38,179 nt of DNA from Deltaproteobacteria bacterium TL4 (GTDB lineage Bacteria > SAR324 > NAC60-12), in NCBI GenBank assembly GCA_051382335.1, contig JBBCAX010000184.1, forward strand, positions 1 to 38,179. Direction: 5' to 3'. The position numbers and the translations under genes are program-made. Below the pieces are notes generated by a model, which made no database searches, was not told the DNA's origin, and worked only from the letters and a program-made list of their open reading frames with translations. This document shows, one piece after another, positions 1-11,800 of the stretch. Within the stretch, counting starts at the first letter, position 1, and every line of letters begins with the position of its first letter.

Positions 1-744
1 AAGGACTTCTTCTAAAGTGGGTTTTTGATGGGATTGCATGATGACTCCTTTCCTTTGATGTGTTCAAAAGAACATCATACATAAAAAAAGGAGGATTGTT
101 ACCCAGTCTCACCGGAAGGTCACGATTGATGAGGGGGTCTGTAATTTGGGCAATGGGATTAAAAGGTGTATTTTCATCATCCCAGCCATCCACCTTAATA
201 TTGAGAAGATTTTTTGCTTTTAAGAAGAAGCTGTAAACTTTAGCTATTTTTTGTATTTTTGTATTTGAAGTCTTCTGTCGTGGATTTGGGACTATTTGTT
301 TTTGTTGAGTAATTATCGTTTCTTGTTTTGAGGTTGAGGGCGATTGTTCTGAGGTTTCGCTATGCTTTCGATACAGATCTGAAAGCATTTTTCTTTACGA
401 ATGGGTGGATTGTCCTAGGTTTGTCTGACCCCATTAGAGGCGATAAACAAAATGCTGCCTTTCCGATCGCCACTCCGAACATCCTTTCCAGATATGGTTC
501 TTTAATGAAAAATGGCGATAGGGACGATAAGCCAGAACTTATCATCCAGTGGAGGGGGAGAAGCGTCAGTTGTACGAAATAATGTTTTTAAAAAATCTAT
601 TTCCGATTCAATACAAAATCCGATAAAGAATACTCAGAAGCTATTGTATGTGGATTTTTGGGATATTAGTTCATGGATAAGAGTATACCCAATTCAGTAC
701 AACTTTTATGACCTGAGTTTAGGAATCAGTATAAAGAGAAATCT

Positions 745-3700
745 ATGGATGTTTTTCACTTTAGAGATAAGTTAGTCCAAGATTATGCGGATTATATCAA
801 AAGTTTTATTGTCATAAAGGACAACCGTATTAATCATCACGTTGATAAAGCATTGGAAGAAGGAGCTTTGTGGCCTCAGCCCTTGATTCAACTCAATCCT
901 GCATTTTCCAAAGGTGAAAGCATTGACGCCTTAGTAGCGAAGGGCATCCTCCATCCTCAGTGTAAGTATATTTTTCAAAGAGACAAAGAGGTTCAAGGAG
1001 TTGGAAAACCTTTGATTCTGCACAAACACCAAGCCGATGCCATTAGAATTGCCCAAAAACATGTCAATTATGTTCTGACAACAGGGACAGGTTCAGGAAA
1101 AAGTATGACCTACATTGTTCCGATTGTTGATCATATCCTTAAAAACGGTTCTGGAAAGGGAATTCAAGCGATTATTGTTTATCCAATGAACGCTTTAGCA
1201 AATAGCCAGCATGGAGAATTGGCAAAATTTATTCAAGCCGATCCTGACTCGGAAAAATCCCTGATTACATTTAAGCGATATACTGGACAAGAAACTGAGC
1301 AACAAAAAAGGGGTATTCAAAACTCCCCTCCAGATATACTGCTGACAAACTATGTCATGCTTGAATTAATCTTAACGAGACCTGAAGAAGATCGGCTAAT
1401 TGATTCTGCAATGAACATGAGATTTCTGGTTCTTGATGAGCTGCACACCTATCGGGGGCGACAGGGAGCCGATGTTGCTATTCTGGTAAGACGATTAAAA
1501 AATAGAACGAATGCCAATATTCAATGTGTTGGAACTTCTGCGACATTGGCCAGTTCCGGCACATTTAAAGAACAGTGCGAGGAAGTCTCGAAAATTGCCT
1601 CTCAATTATTTGGAGGAAAAGTTGAGTGGGAGCATGTGATTGGGGAAACATTAACCAGAACCACTAAAAATTTTGATAAAGATGATCGTGAGTTTATAGA
1701 TAAACTGAAACGAGAGATCAACAACCCAAGCTACCCTACACCGCTTACCAGCAATTATTTTCTGAACACAGCTTTATCATCGTGGATTGAAAGCACTTTT
1801 GGAACTCGCTTTGATGGGCGTGACCAGAGATGGGTTCGCTGTATTCCACAAAGTATTTCTGGAGAAAACGGCGCCGCAGTTCAGCTCCATGAAATAACCA
1901 ACATCGATCGAAACAAGTGTGAAAAAGCAATGGAACAGCATTTGTTAGCCGCATATCTTTGTGAATTTCCCGAGGGTACCCGACATCCATTCGCATTTAG
2001 GCTTCATCAATTTATTAGCAAAGGAGATACTGTTTATGCTTCTATAGAAGCTGAAGAAGAAAGGTATATTACCCTATTAGGACAAAAATATGTTCCAGGG
2101 AAACGAGACACCCATGTTTTGCTACCATTAGTTTTTTGTAGAGAGTGCGGACAAGAATACTATAATGTCCGAGTTCATACAGATCTGCGTACTGGTATAA
2201 AAACATTTTTCCCCAGAGAACTCAATGATCAGGATAATAATGAAATTGGAGATGCAGGCTTTCTTTATATCAGCAAGGAAAATCCATGGCCCAGTAATGA
2301 GAATGAAATATTAACGAGGGTTCCTGATGATTGGTTGGAATGGCATAGGGGAAAACAAAGAATTCGTAAAAATTATCTCAAATATTGTCCACAGCCAATT
2401 TTAGTTAAAACAAACGGATGCAGTGGTGATGAAGGAATCCTCAGCCATATAATTGCAGTACCGTTTCAATTTTGCTTATCCTGTGGAACTACTTACGGAA
2501 TACGGCAGAAATCAGACTATTCTAAACTAAGCTCATTAGGCGCTGGAGGGCGCAGTTCATCAACCACCATACTGAGTTTGTCATCTATCCAACACCTCAG
2601 AGAATCAGGGCTGAAATCAGAGGCGCAAAAACTACTGAGCTTCACGGATAATCGCCAGGATGCCTCTCTTCAGGCAGGACATTTTAACGACTTTATTGAA
2701 ATTAGTATCTTGCGTTCTGGTTTGTATAACGCTGTTCAAAATGCGGGACCGAGTGGGATTAAATATTATGACCTTCCTCATGAAGTATTTAAGGCTCTAT
2801 CTCTTCCCTTTGAACTCTATAGTGAAACTCCAAATCCTAATCGCATTGTCAGGAGCAACATCAATACAGCCCTCAGAGAAGTGATTGGCTATCGTTTGTA
2901 TCGTGATTTAAGAAGAGGCTGGCGAATCATATCTCCAAATTTGGAGCAATGCGGATTATTGCGAATTGAGTATGAATCGCTGAAAGAAACATGTGAGGAT
3001 GACTCTGTATGGAAGAATCTTCATCCTGCACTGGTTACGGCATCCAGCGATACTAAATACAGAATTTGCCTAACTTTGCTGGATTTTTTAAGAAGAGAAC
3101 TGGCCATCGATGTCGAGTCTCTCGACTTGGATCATCAAGAAAAACTCAAACGTCAAAGCGAACAATTAATTCCTCCGTGGTCACTGGATGAGAATGAAAG
3201 GATGTATCATTCGTCCATAGTATACCCTAGATCGAAAGGAAAAAAAGAAACTCAGGACAATGTGTTTCTCTCTCCAATGGGAGGGTTTGGACAATTCCTT
3301 AAACGCAATAGCACTTTGCTCGAATGGCAGGGAGAGCCGCTCAAGCAGCAAGACATTGAAATTATTATTAAGGAGATACTTGCAGCGCTTTCAAACGAAG
3401 GTCTTCTCAAGGAAGTCGAGACACCCAAGAATTCAGATGAGGTTCCCGGTTATCAAATATCAGCTTCCATCTTAATTTGGAAAGCTGGTGACGGAAGTAT
3501 CTCCTATCATGATCCAATCAGAATTCCTAATGCACCAGAAACGGGAGGTAGAACAAATCCCTATTTTATTAATTTGTATAAAAATATTGCAAATAAATTT
3601 AAGAATTTGGAAGCGAGAGAACATACCGCTCAAGTTAAGAACGAGCAAAGACGCATCCGTGAAGACCGTTTTAAAGATGGTGATTTGCCAATACTGTATT

Positions 3701-5913
3701 GCTCGCCAACAATGGAACTTGGGGTAGATATATCTGATCTGAATGCGGTCAATATGCGAAATGTACCTCCAAGCCCAGCCAACTATGCGCAAAGAAGCGG
3801 ACGTGCAGGACGGAGTGGTCAGCCTGCGTTAGTGTTTACTTATTGTGCTGCTGGTAACTCTCATGATCAGTATTTTTTCAAGAAACCCCAAAGAATGGTT
3901 GCTGGACAAGTCCTGCCGCCCCGACTCGATCTTACCAATGAAGATTTAATCCGATCGCATATTCAGGCCATTTGGTTAGCAGAAACAGGCATTAGTCTAA
4001 AAACATCATTAAAAGAATTATTGGATTTATCCGATATCCAAAATGCGTTTCCTGTTTTTCCTGAAATTGCTGCACACTTTCAGCAGAAAGGATATCAGGA
4101 AAGAGCAAAGTCCAGAGCAAAGGAGGTATTACAAAGTTTAGGTTCAGATTTAGACACTGCCAGTTGGTATGATGAGGAATGGCTTGATCAGGTGTTTACA
4201 CAAATATTTCGCAGGTTTGATGATGCTTGTAGCCGTTGGAGAAACTTATATCAAGCGGCTTTAAATCAACAGCATTCGCAAAATAAAATTGTCCTTGATC
4301 CAACAAGAAGTTTTGAGGATAAACAAAGGGCAGAAAGACTCAGAAACGAAGCTGAAGCACAGTTAAAGCTCTTAACAGATTCCCAAAATGTCATTCAATC
4401 TGATTTCTATAGTTATCGTTATTTCGCGAGTGAAGGTTTTTTACCAGGTTATAACTTCCCCAGATTACCGCTTTCCGCCTTTATTCCAGGAAGAAAACGG
4501 AATCGTAAAAATGATGAGTATCTGTCTCGCCCAAGATTTCTCGCGATTTCTGAGTTTGGTCCAAGAGCAATTGTTTATCATGAGGGATCTCAATACATCA
4601 TTGATAAAGCGATCCTCCCTGCTGGAGATGAAGGCCTAACAACTCGTAGGATAAAATTATGTGAAACTTGTGGTTATGTCCATTACCTAATTCAAAATGA
4701 GGCAATAGACCGTTGTGTGCGTTGTCACGCGCTCTTGGGAAATGCGATGAGCAATTTGTTTCATTTACAGAATGTTTCAACTCGCAGAAGGGAGAGAATC
4801 ACTTGCGATGAAGAAGAACGAATGCGGATGGGATATGAAATTATCTCAGGATTTTCGTTTAATCAAGCTGGCAATGTGTCCACTCGATCTGCGCAAATAC
4901 TGTCAAAAGAGCAAAAAGAATTGGTCAGCCTAACCTATAATCAATCAGCAACCTTGTGTAGAATCAACGTTGGTTGGCGGCGAAGAAAACAAAAAGAGAA
5001 CAAAGGGTATATCCTTGATTTGGAGCGTGGAACCTGGGCAAGAAAAGATAAAATAGAAGAAGGTGAAGACGCTCTCTCAAATCGGACAATGAAAGTAATT
5101 CCTTATGTTGAAGATCGACGAAACTGTATGTTGCTTGAATTTTCAGAACCCTGGGAATTAGAGCAAATTGCGACAATCCAATATGCGCTTAAAAACGCAA
5201 TCCTGTTCCTGTACCAGTTAGAGGACAATGAACTTGCGACGGAACCACTACCTGATCGGGAAAATAGAAATCTCATTCTCTTTTACGAATCATCTGAAGG
5301 AGGGGCCGGGGTTCTCAGAAGAATCGTAGAAGAACCCAATGCGTTTGCGGAAATAGCGAAAGAAGCCCTGGAATTATGTCATTTTGATCCAGAGACAGGA
5401 GCGGATCGCCATCGTTCTGAAAAGGCCAAAGAAGATTGTGAATCCGCATGTTATGACTGCCTGATGAGTTACAGCAATCAGTTTGATCATGGGTTGCTGG
5501 ACCGTTATTTGATCCGTGATTTTTTATTGGAACTTACTTCCTCTACAACGGTTTCCTCCTCCACTGAACTTCCTCGTGGACAACAGTTAGATTTTCTTAT
5601 GAAGCAGACAGAGTCCTCACTGGAAAAAAAGTGGCTGAAATTTCTTGAAGATCAGGGCTGCACTCTTCCAACCCATGCGCAATATGAGGTAGCCACTTGT
5701 CAAACCAAGCCAGACTTCTATTATCAAAATCATCACACTGCCATCTATGTGGATGGCCCTCCTCATGATTATCCTGATCGTCAGAAACGGGATGCTGAAC
5801 AAGATGATTGCATGTTGGATTATGGATTCATCGTCATTCGCTTTCACCATGAAGATAACTGGAGTGAAATTATCAAAAAATATCCCTCCATATTTGGAAA
5901 TCAGGGAAATTGA
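745..5913 (+). CDS. Large SF2 DEAD/DEAH (YprA/DrmA-like) helicase with DUF1998 (MrfA-type Zn-binding) domain and C-terminal DUF559/Vsr-like endonuclease domain
   Basis: 1722 aa. Q motif LHKHQ, Walker A TGTGSGKS, YPMNALANSQ, DELH, TSAT, TMELGVDI, QRSGRAGR; CxxC pairs (CREC, CLSC, CETC, CVRC); DUF1998-like C..CESACYDCL; terminal ESSLEKK..PDF..IYVDG..H..RD..G..VIRF. Confidence 0.9.
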   Translation: MDVFHFRDKLVQDYADYIKSFIVIKDNRINHHVDKALEEGALWPQPLIQLNPAFSKGESIDALVAKGILHPQCKYIFQRDKEVQGVGKPLILHKHQADAIRIAQKHVNYVLTTGTGSGKSMTYIVPIVDHILKNGSGKGIQAIIVYPMNALANSQHGELAKFIQADPDSEKSLITFKRYTGQETEQQKRGIQNSPPDILLTNYVMLELILTRPEEDRLIDSAMNMRFLVLDELHTYRGRQGADVAILVRRLKNRTNANIQCVGTSATLASSGTFKEQCEEVSKIASQLFGGKVEWEHVIGETLTRTTKNFDKDDREFIDKLKREINNPSYPTPLTSNYFLNTALSSWIESTFGTRFDGRDQRWVRCIPQSISGENGAAVQLHEITNIDRNKCEKAMEQHLLAAYLCEFPEGTRHPFAFRLHQFISKGDTVYASIEAEEERYITLLGQKYVPGKRDTHVLLPLVFCRECGQEYYNVRVHTDLRTGIKTFFPRELNDQDNNEIGDAGFLYISKENPWPSNENEILTRVPDDWLEWHRGKQRIRKNYLKYCPQPILVKTNGCSGDEGILSHIIAVPFQFCLSCGTTYGIRQKSDYSKLSSLGAGGRSSSTTILSLSSIQHLRESGLKSEAQKLLSFTDNRQDASLQAGHFNDFIEISILRSGLYNAVQNAGPSGIKYYDLPHEVFKALSLPFELYSETPNPNRIVRSNINTALREVIGYRLYRDLRRGWRIISPNLEQCGLLRIEYESLKETCEDDSVWKNLHPALVTASSDTKYRICLTLLDFLRRELAIDVESLDLDHQEKLKRQSEQLIPPWSLDENERMYHSSIVYPRSKGKKETQDNVFLSPMGGFGQFLKRNSTLLEWQGEPLKQQDIEIIIKEILAALSNEGLLKEVETPKNSDEVPGYQISASILIWKAGDGSISYHDPIRIPNAPETGGRTNPYFINLYKNIANKFKNLEAREHTAQVKNEQRRIREDRFKDGDLPILYCSPTMELGVDISDLNAVNMRNVPPSPANYAQRSGRAGRSGQPALVFTYCAAGNSHDQYFFKKPQRMVAGQVLPPRLDLTNEDLIRSHIQAIWLAETGISLKTSLKELLDLSDIQNAFPVFPEIAAHFQQKGYQERAKSRAKEVLQSLGSDLDTASWYDEEWLDQVFTQIFRRFDDACSRWRNLYQAALNQQHSQNKIVLDPTRSFEDKQRAERLRNEAEAQLKLLTDSQNVIQSDFYSYRYFASEGFLPGYNFPRLPLSAFIPGRKRNRKNDEYLSRPRFLAISEFGPRAIVYHEGSQYIIDKAILPAGDEGLTTRRIKLCETCGYVHYLIQNEAIDRCVRCHALLGNAMSNLFHLQNVSTRRRERITCDEEERMRMGYEIISGFSFNQAGNVSTRSAQILSKEQKELVSLTYNQSATLCRINVGWRRRKQKENKGYILDLERGTWARKDKIEEGEDALSNRTMKVIPYVEDRRNCMLLEFSEPWELEQIATIQYALKNAILFLYQLEDNELATEPLPDRENRNLILFYESSEGGAGVLRRIVEEPNAFAEIAKEALELCHFDPETGADRHRSEKAKEDCESACYDCLMSYSNQFDHGLLDRYLIRDFLLELTSSTTVSSSTELPRGQQLDFLMKQTESSLEKKWLKFLEDQGCTLPTHAQYEVATCQTKPDFYYQNHHTAIYVDGPPHDYPDRQKRDAEQDDCMLDYGFIVIRFHHEDNWSEIIKKYPSIFGNQGN

Positions 5914-5930
5914 GCAAACAGGGATAAATT

Positions 5931-8783
5931 ATGGAATATGCAATTGGATCGTTAGTCAAGGTCCGTGGACGAGAATGGGTTATCCTCGAAAAGAATCCTC
6001 CTTGGCTAAAGTTGAGACCGCTCGGAGGTGGTGACGAAGAAACCACAGCCATCCACACGAATTTGGAAACGATTCAGTCGGCTCAGTTTGCTCCTCCTAA
6101 TCCTGATGCCTCAGGGGATTATACTTCTTGTCGTTTGTTACGGGATGCCGTGCGCTTGGGCTTTCGTTCCAGTGCTGGTCCCTTTCGTGCGATTGCCAGC
6201 ATAGCGGTTCAGCCACGGTCATACCAACTGGTTCCATTGTTAATGGCACTTAAACAGGATCCTGTCCGTTTACTGATTGCGGATGATGTCGGCATAGGAA
6301 AAACCATTGAGGCCTGTTTGATTGCCAAAGAATTATTGGAAAGGGGTGAGGTAAAAAGGCTGGCTGTGCTCTGTCCTCCTCATTTGGCGGAACAATGGCA
6401 TACAGAATTAAAAGAAAAATTCCATATTGACGCGGCTTTGGTTTTGCGCGGCACCGCCACTAAATTGGAAAGAAACTTGCGGCTAGGGGAGTCCTTGTTT
6501 GACAGACATCCGTTCGTGATTGTGTCCATGGATTTTATCAAATCAGACCGCAGAAGGGATGATTTTTTAAGAACCTGCCCTGAGTTGGTGATTGTTGATG
6601 AAGCGCATACCTGTTCCTGGGGAGGTGAAGGAAAAAGGCATCAACGTCATCAGTTAGTTTCTGAGCTAAGTCAGGATGTAACTCGTCATATGCTTTTGGT
6701 AACTGCAACCCCTCATAGCGGTAAGGAAGATGCTTTTCATTCACTACTGGGTTTATTAAACTCACGGTTTGTCAACTTTCCTACTGATCTCGCCGGTGCT
6801 GAAAATCAAACTTATCGCAGAGAAATTGCCAATCATTTTGTCCAGAGAAGACGAGGAGACATTCGCAGCTATATTGGTGAAGATACCCCTTTTCCTGACA
6901 GGGAGAGCACTGAGGTGACGTACTCCCTCAATCCAGACTATAAAAATTTTTTTGCGCAGGTCTTTCGTTATGCAAGAGAAACTGTCTTGGAAGAAAAATC
7001 AGGAACCTATCAGTTCAGAATTCGCTGGTGGTCAGTGCTGGCACTTCTTAGAGCTTTAGCCTCAAGTCCTGCGGCTGCGGCTTCAACACTAAGGAACCGT
7101 GCGTCCACTCTTGACCAGGAATCTGGTGAAAGTATTGAGGAGTTAGGACGCCGCAACGTGATGGACTTAACCGATGATGACTCTGTTGAGGGCAGCGATG
7201 TCGCTCCAGGCAGTGACATTGGCGAGCTGTTTAAAGATGCCGAAGCTCACAAGAGAAAACTGCGTGCAATGGCCAAGACAGCGGATTCCTTATTGGGAAA
7301 CAGTGATGAAAAACTGAATAAATCCGCAGACATTATAAGTTCACTGCTTAAAGATGGCTTTCGACCTATCGTCTTTTGCCGTTTTATTCCTACAGTGGAC
7401 TATTTGGTTGAGATGTTTCGTAACCATAATAGTTTGAATAAAAAATTTAAAGGAGTGGAAATCATCGGCGTCACCGGGCAATTTCCGCCTTTAGAACGGA
7501 AAGAACTGATTCAGAAATTAGCACAATACGAAAAGCGTCTGCTCATCTGTACAGATTGCCTGAGTGAAGGAATCAACCTGCAGGAGCATTTTGACGCGGT
7601 AGTTCATTATGACCTTTCCTGGAATCCAGCCCGGCATGAACAACGAGAAGGACGAGTTGATCGTTTTGGGCAGCCACGCAAGGTTGTCAAAGTGGTGACC
7701 TATTATGGAACAGACAATCAAATCGATGGCATTGTCTTGGATGTTCTCTTACGCAAGCACAAAAACATTAAAAGTTCATTAGGGATTTCGGTTCCTGTCC
7801 CTGTCAACTCTGAAGCCTTAATGGAAGCCGTCTTTGAAGGCTTACTGCTGCGAGAAGAAACAGGAACCAGCTCTGAAATGCTGCTCCCGGGGTTTGAGGA
7901 ATATTTCAAACCCCAGCGGGAAGAATTGTTCAAGCAATGGGAATTCGCCAAAGAAAAAGAAAAACGCTCACAAACTATGTTTGCCCAACACGCCATTAAG
8001 CCTGAAGAAGTTGTTCCTGAAATTCAGGCGATCCGCATGGCTATTGGCTATGAAACCGATGTTTCTGGTTTTACCAGGAATGCGTTAACTGCTTTTCACG
8101 CGCTCATCTCTGGTCAAGATCACATCAAGGTGGATTTGTTTGAAACACCGCAGGAAATTAAAGATATGATCAACCAGCAAAAAGAATTCAAAGCCTGTTT
8201 TACAATGCCCGCAGAAGAAGGGGAACTCTACTTGAACCGGACGCATCCAATAGTTGAGGCATTGGCCAGTCATGTGCTCAACTCGACATTAGACTATTCA
8301 GCACAGAGCATTGCCAGGCGCTGTGGAGTGATTCGCACGAACTCCGTGGAAAAGCGAACAACTTTGCTGTTGACTCGTTTTCGCTATCAATTAATTACCC
8401 GAAAAGAAGAGGAACAGCATTCTTTACTTTCAGAAGAGTGTTTATTGCTCGCCTTTGAAGGGGCTCCAGATAAGGCTGTTTGGTTGGATGAAGACCAAGC
8501 TGAAGCTCTCCTGAACTCAACTCCTGATGCGAATGTATTATCGCAACAAGCTCTTGAACAATTGCAAAAAATCATCATTGAGGAAAATGGAGTCTACAGG
8601 ATCCATCAATCATTGTTAGGCCATTTAAATGATGTTGCTCTGAACAAAGGCAAACAACTCCTGGAAAGCCACAAGAAGGTGCGTCAGGCGAGTGGACACA
8701 AAGGAATCCGTCAAACAATTGAGCCGCAACTGCCGCCGGATATTCTTGGGGTGTATATTTATTTACCAATTCCTAAAGTTTAA
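5931..8783 (+). CDS. SNF2-family helicase/ATPase (DrmD/RapA-like)
   Basis: 950 aa. PRSYQL, LIADDVGIGKT, DEAH, LVTATP, SEGINLQ, WNPARHEQREGRVDRFGQ. Confidence 0.92.
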   Translation: MEYAIGSLVKVRGREWVILEKNPPWLKLRPLGGGDEETTAIHTNLETIQSAQFAPPNPDASGDYTSCRLLRDAVRLGFRSSAGPFRAIASIAVQPRSYQLVPLLMALKQDPVRLLIADDVGIGKTIEACLIAKELLERGEVKRLAVLCPPHLAEQWHTELKEKFHIDAALVLRGTATKLERNLRLGESLFDRHPFVIVSMDFIKSDRRRDDFLRTCPELVIVDEAHTCSWGGEGKRHQRHQLVSELSQDVTRHMLLVTATPHSGKEDAFHSLLGLLNSRFVNFPTDLAGAENQTYRREIANHFVQRRRGDIRSYIGEDTPFPDRESTEVTYSLNPDYKNFFAQVFRYARETVLEEKSGTYQFRIRWWSVLALLRALASSPAAAASTLRNRASTLDQESGESIEELGRRNVMDLTDDDSVEGSDVAPGSDIGELFKDAEAHKRKLRAMAKTADSLLGNSDEKLNKSADIISSLLKDGFRPIVFCRFIPTVDYLVEMFRNHNSLNKKFKGVEIIGVTGQFPPLERKELIQKLAQYEKRLLICTDCLSEGINLQEHFDAVVHYDLSWNPARHEQREGRVDRFGQPRKVVKVVTYYGTDNQIDGIVLDVLLRKHKNIKSSLGISVPVPVNSEALMEAVFEGLLLREETGTSSEMLLPGFEEYFKPQREELFKQWEFAKEKEKRSQTMFAQHAIKPEEVVPEIQAIRMAIGYETDVSGFTRNALTAFHALISGQDHIKVDLFETPQEIKDMINQQKEFKACFTMPAEEGELYLNRTHPIVEALASHVLNSTLDYSAQSIARRCGVIRTNSVEKRTTLLLTRFRYQLITRKEEEQHSLLSEECLLLAFEGAPDKAVWLDEDQAEALLNSTPDANVLSQQALEQLQKIIIEENGVYRIHQSLLGHLNDVALNKGKQLLESHKKVRQASGHKGIRQTIEPQLPPDILGVYIYLPIPKV

Positions 8784-8808
8784 TCCTTTATAGCTGGTCA
8801 GGAAAAGT

Positions 8809-11800
8809 ATGCAAACCAAACATCAAGCCGCGTTTATCACGATACGGACCGAAGGCGCCATTTTGCCTCCCGACCTGCTTCAAAGGGTGGCTGATGGTGA
8901 TGCCAGCTTAGACGGTATGACTTCGGATTCATATCACCTTGCCTCTGGAATCAAACTCAATGAAGCCATTAACCGTTCCTGGACCTGGATGCTCGGACGT
9001 TGGCAATCTTTTAAGGAATCAAAAGCCAAACTGCCTGAAGGGGATCGAGGAACCACGGTAACCAGAGAGCGCTTGCTGCTCCCCTTATTTCAGGAATTGG
9101 GCTACGGGAGATTAACGGTATCAAAAGCCTTTGAAATCGAAGGAAAAACCTATCCAATTTCGCACCTCTGGCAAAATAATCCGATTCATCTCATCGGTTA
9201 TGGCGTAGACATTGATAAAATGAACAAGGGCGTTGCGGGTTCAGCAAAAATTAATCCTCATGGAATGGTTCAGGAATTTTTGAATCGCTCAGAAGCTCAC
9301 CTTTGGGCCTTTGTCTCTAATGGCAAAACCCTGCGCATCCTCAGAGATAATCTGCGTTTAACCCGTCAAGCCTATGTTGAGTTTGATCTGGAAAGCATGT
9401 TTGAGGGCGAGATTTACGCAGACTTTGTTTTGCTCTGGCTCCTCTGTCACCAATCACGTGTGGAAGCGGAAAAACCTGAGGAATGCTGGCTGGAAAAATG
9501 GTCAAAGGTTGCGCAAGACCAAGGAACACGAGCTTTGGATCACTTAAGAGAAGGGGTCGAATCTGCTATTCGTTCATTGGGAAGCGGTTTTCTCAAACAT
9601 CCGGCCAATGGCGAGTTAAGGGAAAAGCTGAGATCCGGCACCTTGAACAAACAGGATTACTACCGCCAGTTGCTCCGCATGGTCTATCGCCTGATTTTGT
9701 TGTTTGTAGCGGAGGATCGAGAACTGTTGTTTGATCCCCACTCAGCCGCTGAAGCTCGCAAAGCGTACCTGGAACATTATTCTTTAACTCGTCTCCGTAC
9801 CATGGCTGGACGGATCAGGGGCGGACGGCATCATGATTTATATCAAATGCTGAAACTCATCACGCAAAAACTCGGAGGAGATCATGGCTGTCCTGAGTTG
9901 GGCTTACCTGCTTTGAATGGTTTCCTTTTTTCCGCTGAAGCGCTACCTGATCTGGAACTTGCTGAACTTGCCAATGCGGATTTGCTGGAGGCCATTCGCT
10001 GCTTGTCAACCATCAACGATGGGGTTGCTTTACGTTCTGTGGATTATCGGAACTTAGGCGCGGAAGAACTTGGAAGCATTTACGAATCGCTTTTGGAACT
10101 GCATCCTGACTTAAATCTGGATGCCGGAACTTTTGAACTCAAAACCGCCGGAGGCAATGAACGCAAAACCACCGGAAGTTATTATACCCCATCCAGTCTG
10201 ATCCAATGTTTGTTGGATTCTGCCTTAGAGCCTGTGCTAGTCGAAGCACTGAAGCAACCAAATCCTGAAGACGCACTTCTCAGCCTCAAGGTTTGCGATC
10301 CGGCTTGCGGCAGCGGACATTTCCTCATCGCGGCGGCGCATCGTATTGCCCGCAAACTGGCCATAGTGAGAACTGGCGATGATGAACCGGCTCCGCCTGA
10401 AATTCGACATGCGCTGCGTGATGTCATCAGCCATTGTATTTATGGTGTGGATATCAATCCCATGTCGGTCGAACTTTGCAAGGTCAGTCTCTGGATGGAA
10501 GCCCTGGAGCCAGGGAAACCCCTCTCTTTTTTAGATCACAAAATTCAATGCGGAAACAGCTTGCTGGGTGTAACTCCACGATTGCTTAAAAATGGGATTC
10601 CTGATGATGCGTTCCACCCCATTGAAGGCGATGATAGGGCAGTTTGCTCAGGTTATAAAAAGGAAAACTCAATTGAAAAAAAGCAGAGAAGCTTTCTGAT
10701 GTCTACAGCAGATTTTCAATTGGATTTAGGTAATTTAGCAACCACTTTGATGAAACTGGAATCTATTGAAGGAAACTCTGTCGATGAAATTCGCAAAAAG
10801 CACCAACTGTATCATGAGTATATTGATTCCAGTGATTATCGCTTTGGTCACCTGCTTGCTGATGCCTGGTGTGCTGCTTTTGTCTGGGAAAAGACAGAAG
10901 ACAATCCCAACCCGCCCATTACTGAAGATATATTTCGTAGAATCGAAAAGAATCCCTGGGATCTTCATCTTGGAACAAAAAACGAAATCGAACGTCTGTC
11001 CCAACTATACCAGTTTTTTCATTGGCAATTGACTTTTCCCGATATTTTCCGGATTCCCTTCAAAGATGAAAAACCCGACAATGAGCAAACGGGATGGTGT
11101 GGAGGATTTGATGTCGTCCTGGGGAATCCGCCGTGGGAACGGATCAAACTCCAGGAAAAGGAATGGTTTGCTGAAAGAAATACGGATATCGCCAACGCCC
11201 CTAATGCTTCCAGGCGCAGGAAAATGATTGATTCCCTGAGTGAAACTGATCCAACTTTGTATCAGGCATTTTTGGAAGACTGCAGAAAAGCGGAAGGGGA
11301 AAGTCATTTCATTCGTGACTCGAACACCTATCCTCTCTGCGGTAGAGGTGATGTCAATACCTACACCATCTTTGCGGAAATGAATCGCAACCTGCTTTCT
11401 CCGATGGGACGGTTTGGATGTATCGTTCCTTCCGGAATTGCCACGGATGACACCACCAAGTTTTTCTTTCAGGATCTGATGGAAAAACATTCGCTCAGTA
11501 GTTTGTATGATTTTGAAAATCGAGAGAAGTTATTTCCCGATGTTGATAGTCGTATGAAGTTCTGTCTCCTCACTCTGACAGGCTTGAAACGTCCAGCAAC
11601 TCAGGGAGCGGACTTTGTTTTCTTTGCTCAGAAGGTGGAAGACCTGCATGAAGACAACAGGCATTTTTCCTTGACTGCTGAAGAGATTGCTCTGCTCAAT
11701 CCCAATACCCGAACCTGTCCCATCTTCCGCAGTAAACGGGACGCGGAACTCACGAAAGGTATCTATCGGAGGGTTCCAGTGCTCATCAAGGAGACGTATA

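Noticed and set aside
328..775. ORFs 328-582, 360-545 and 512-775
   Set aside because: Short, mutually overlapping, no recognisable motifs or RBS.
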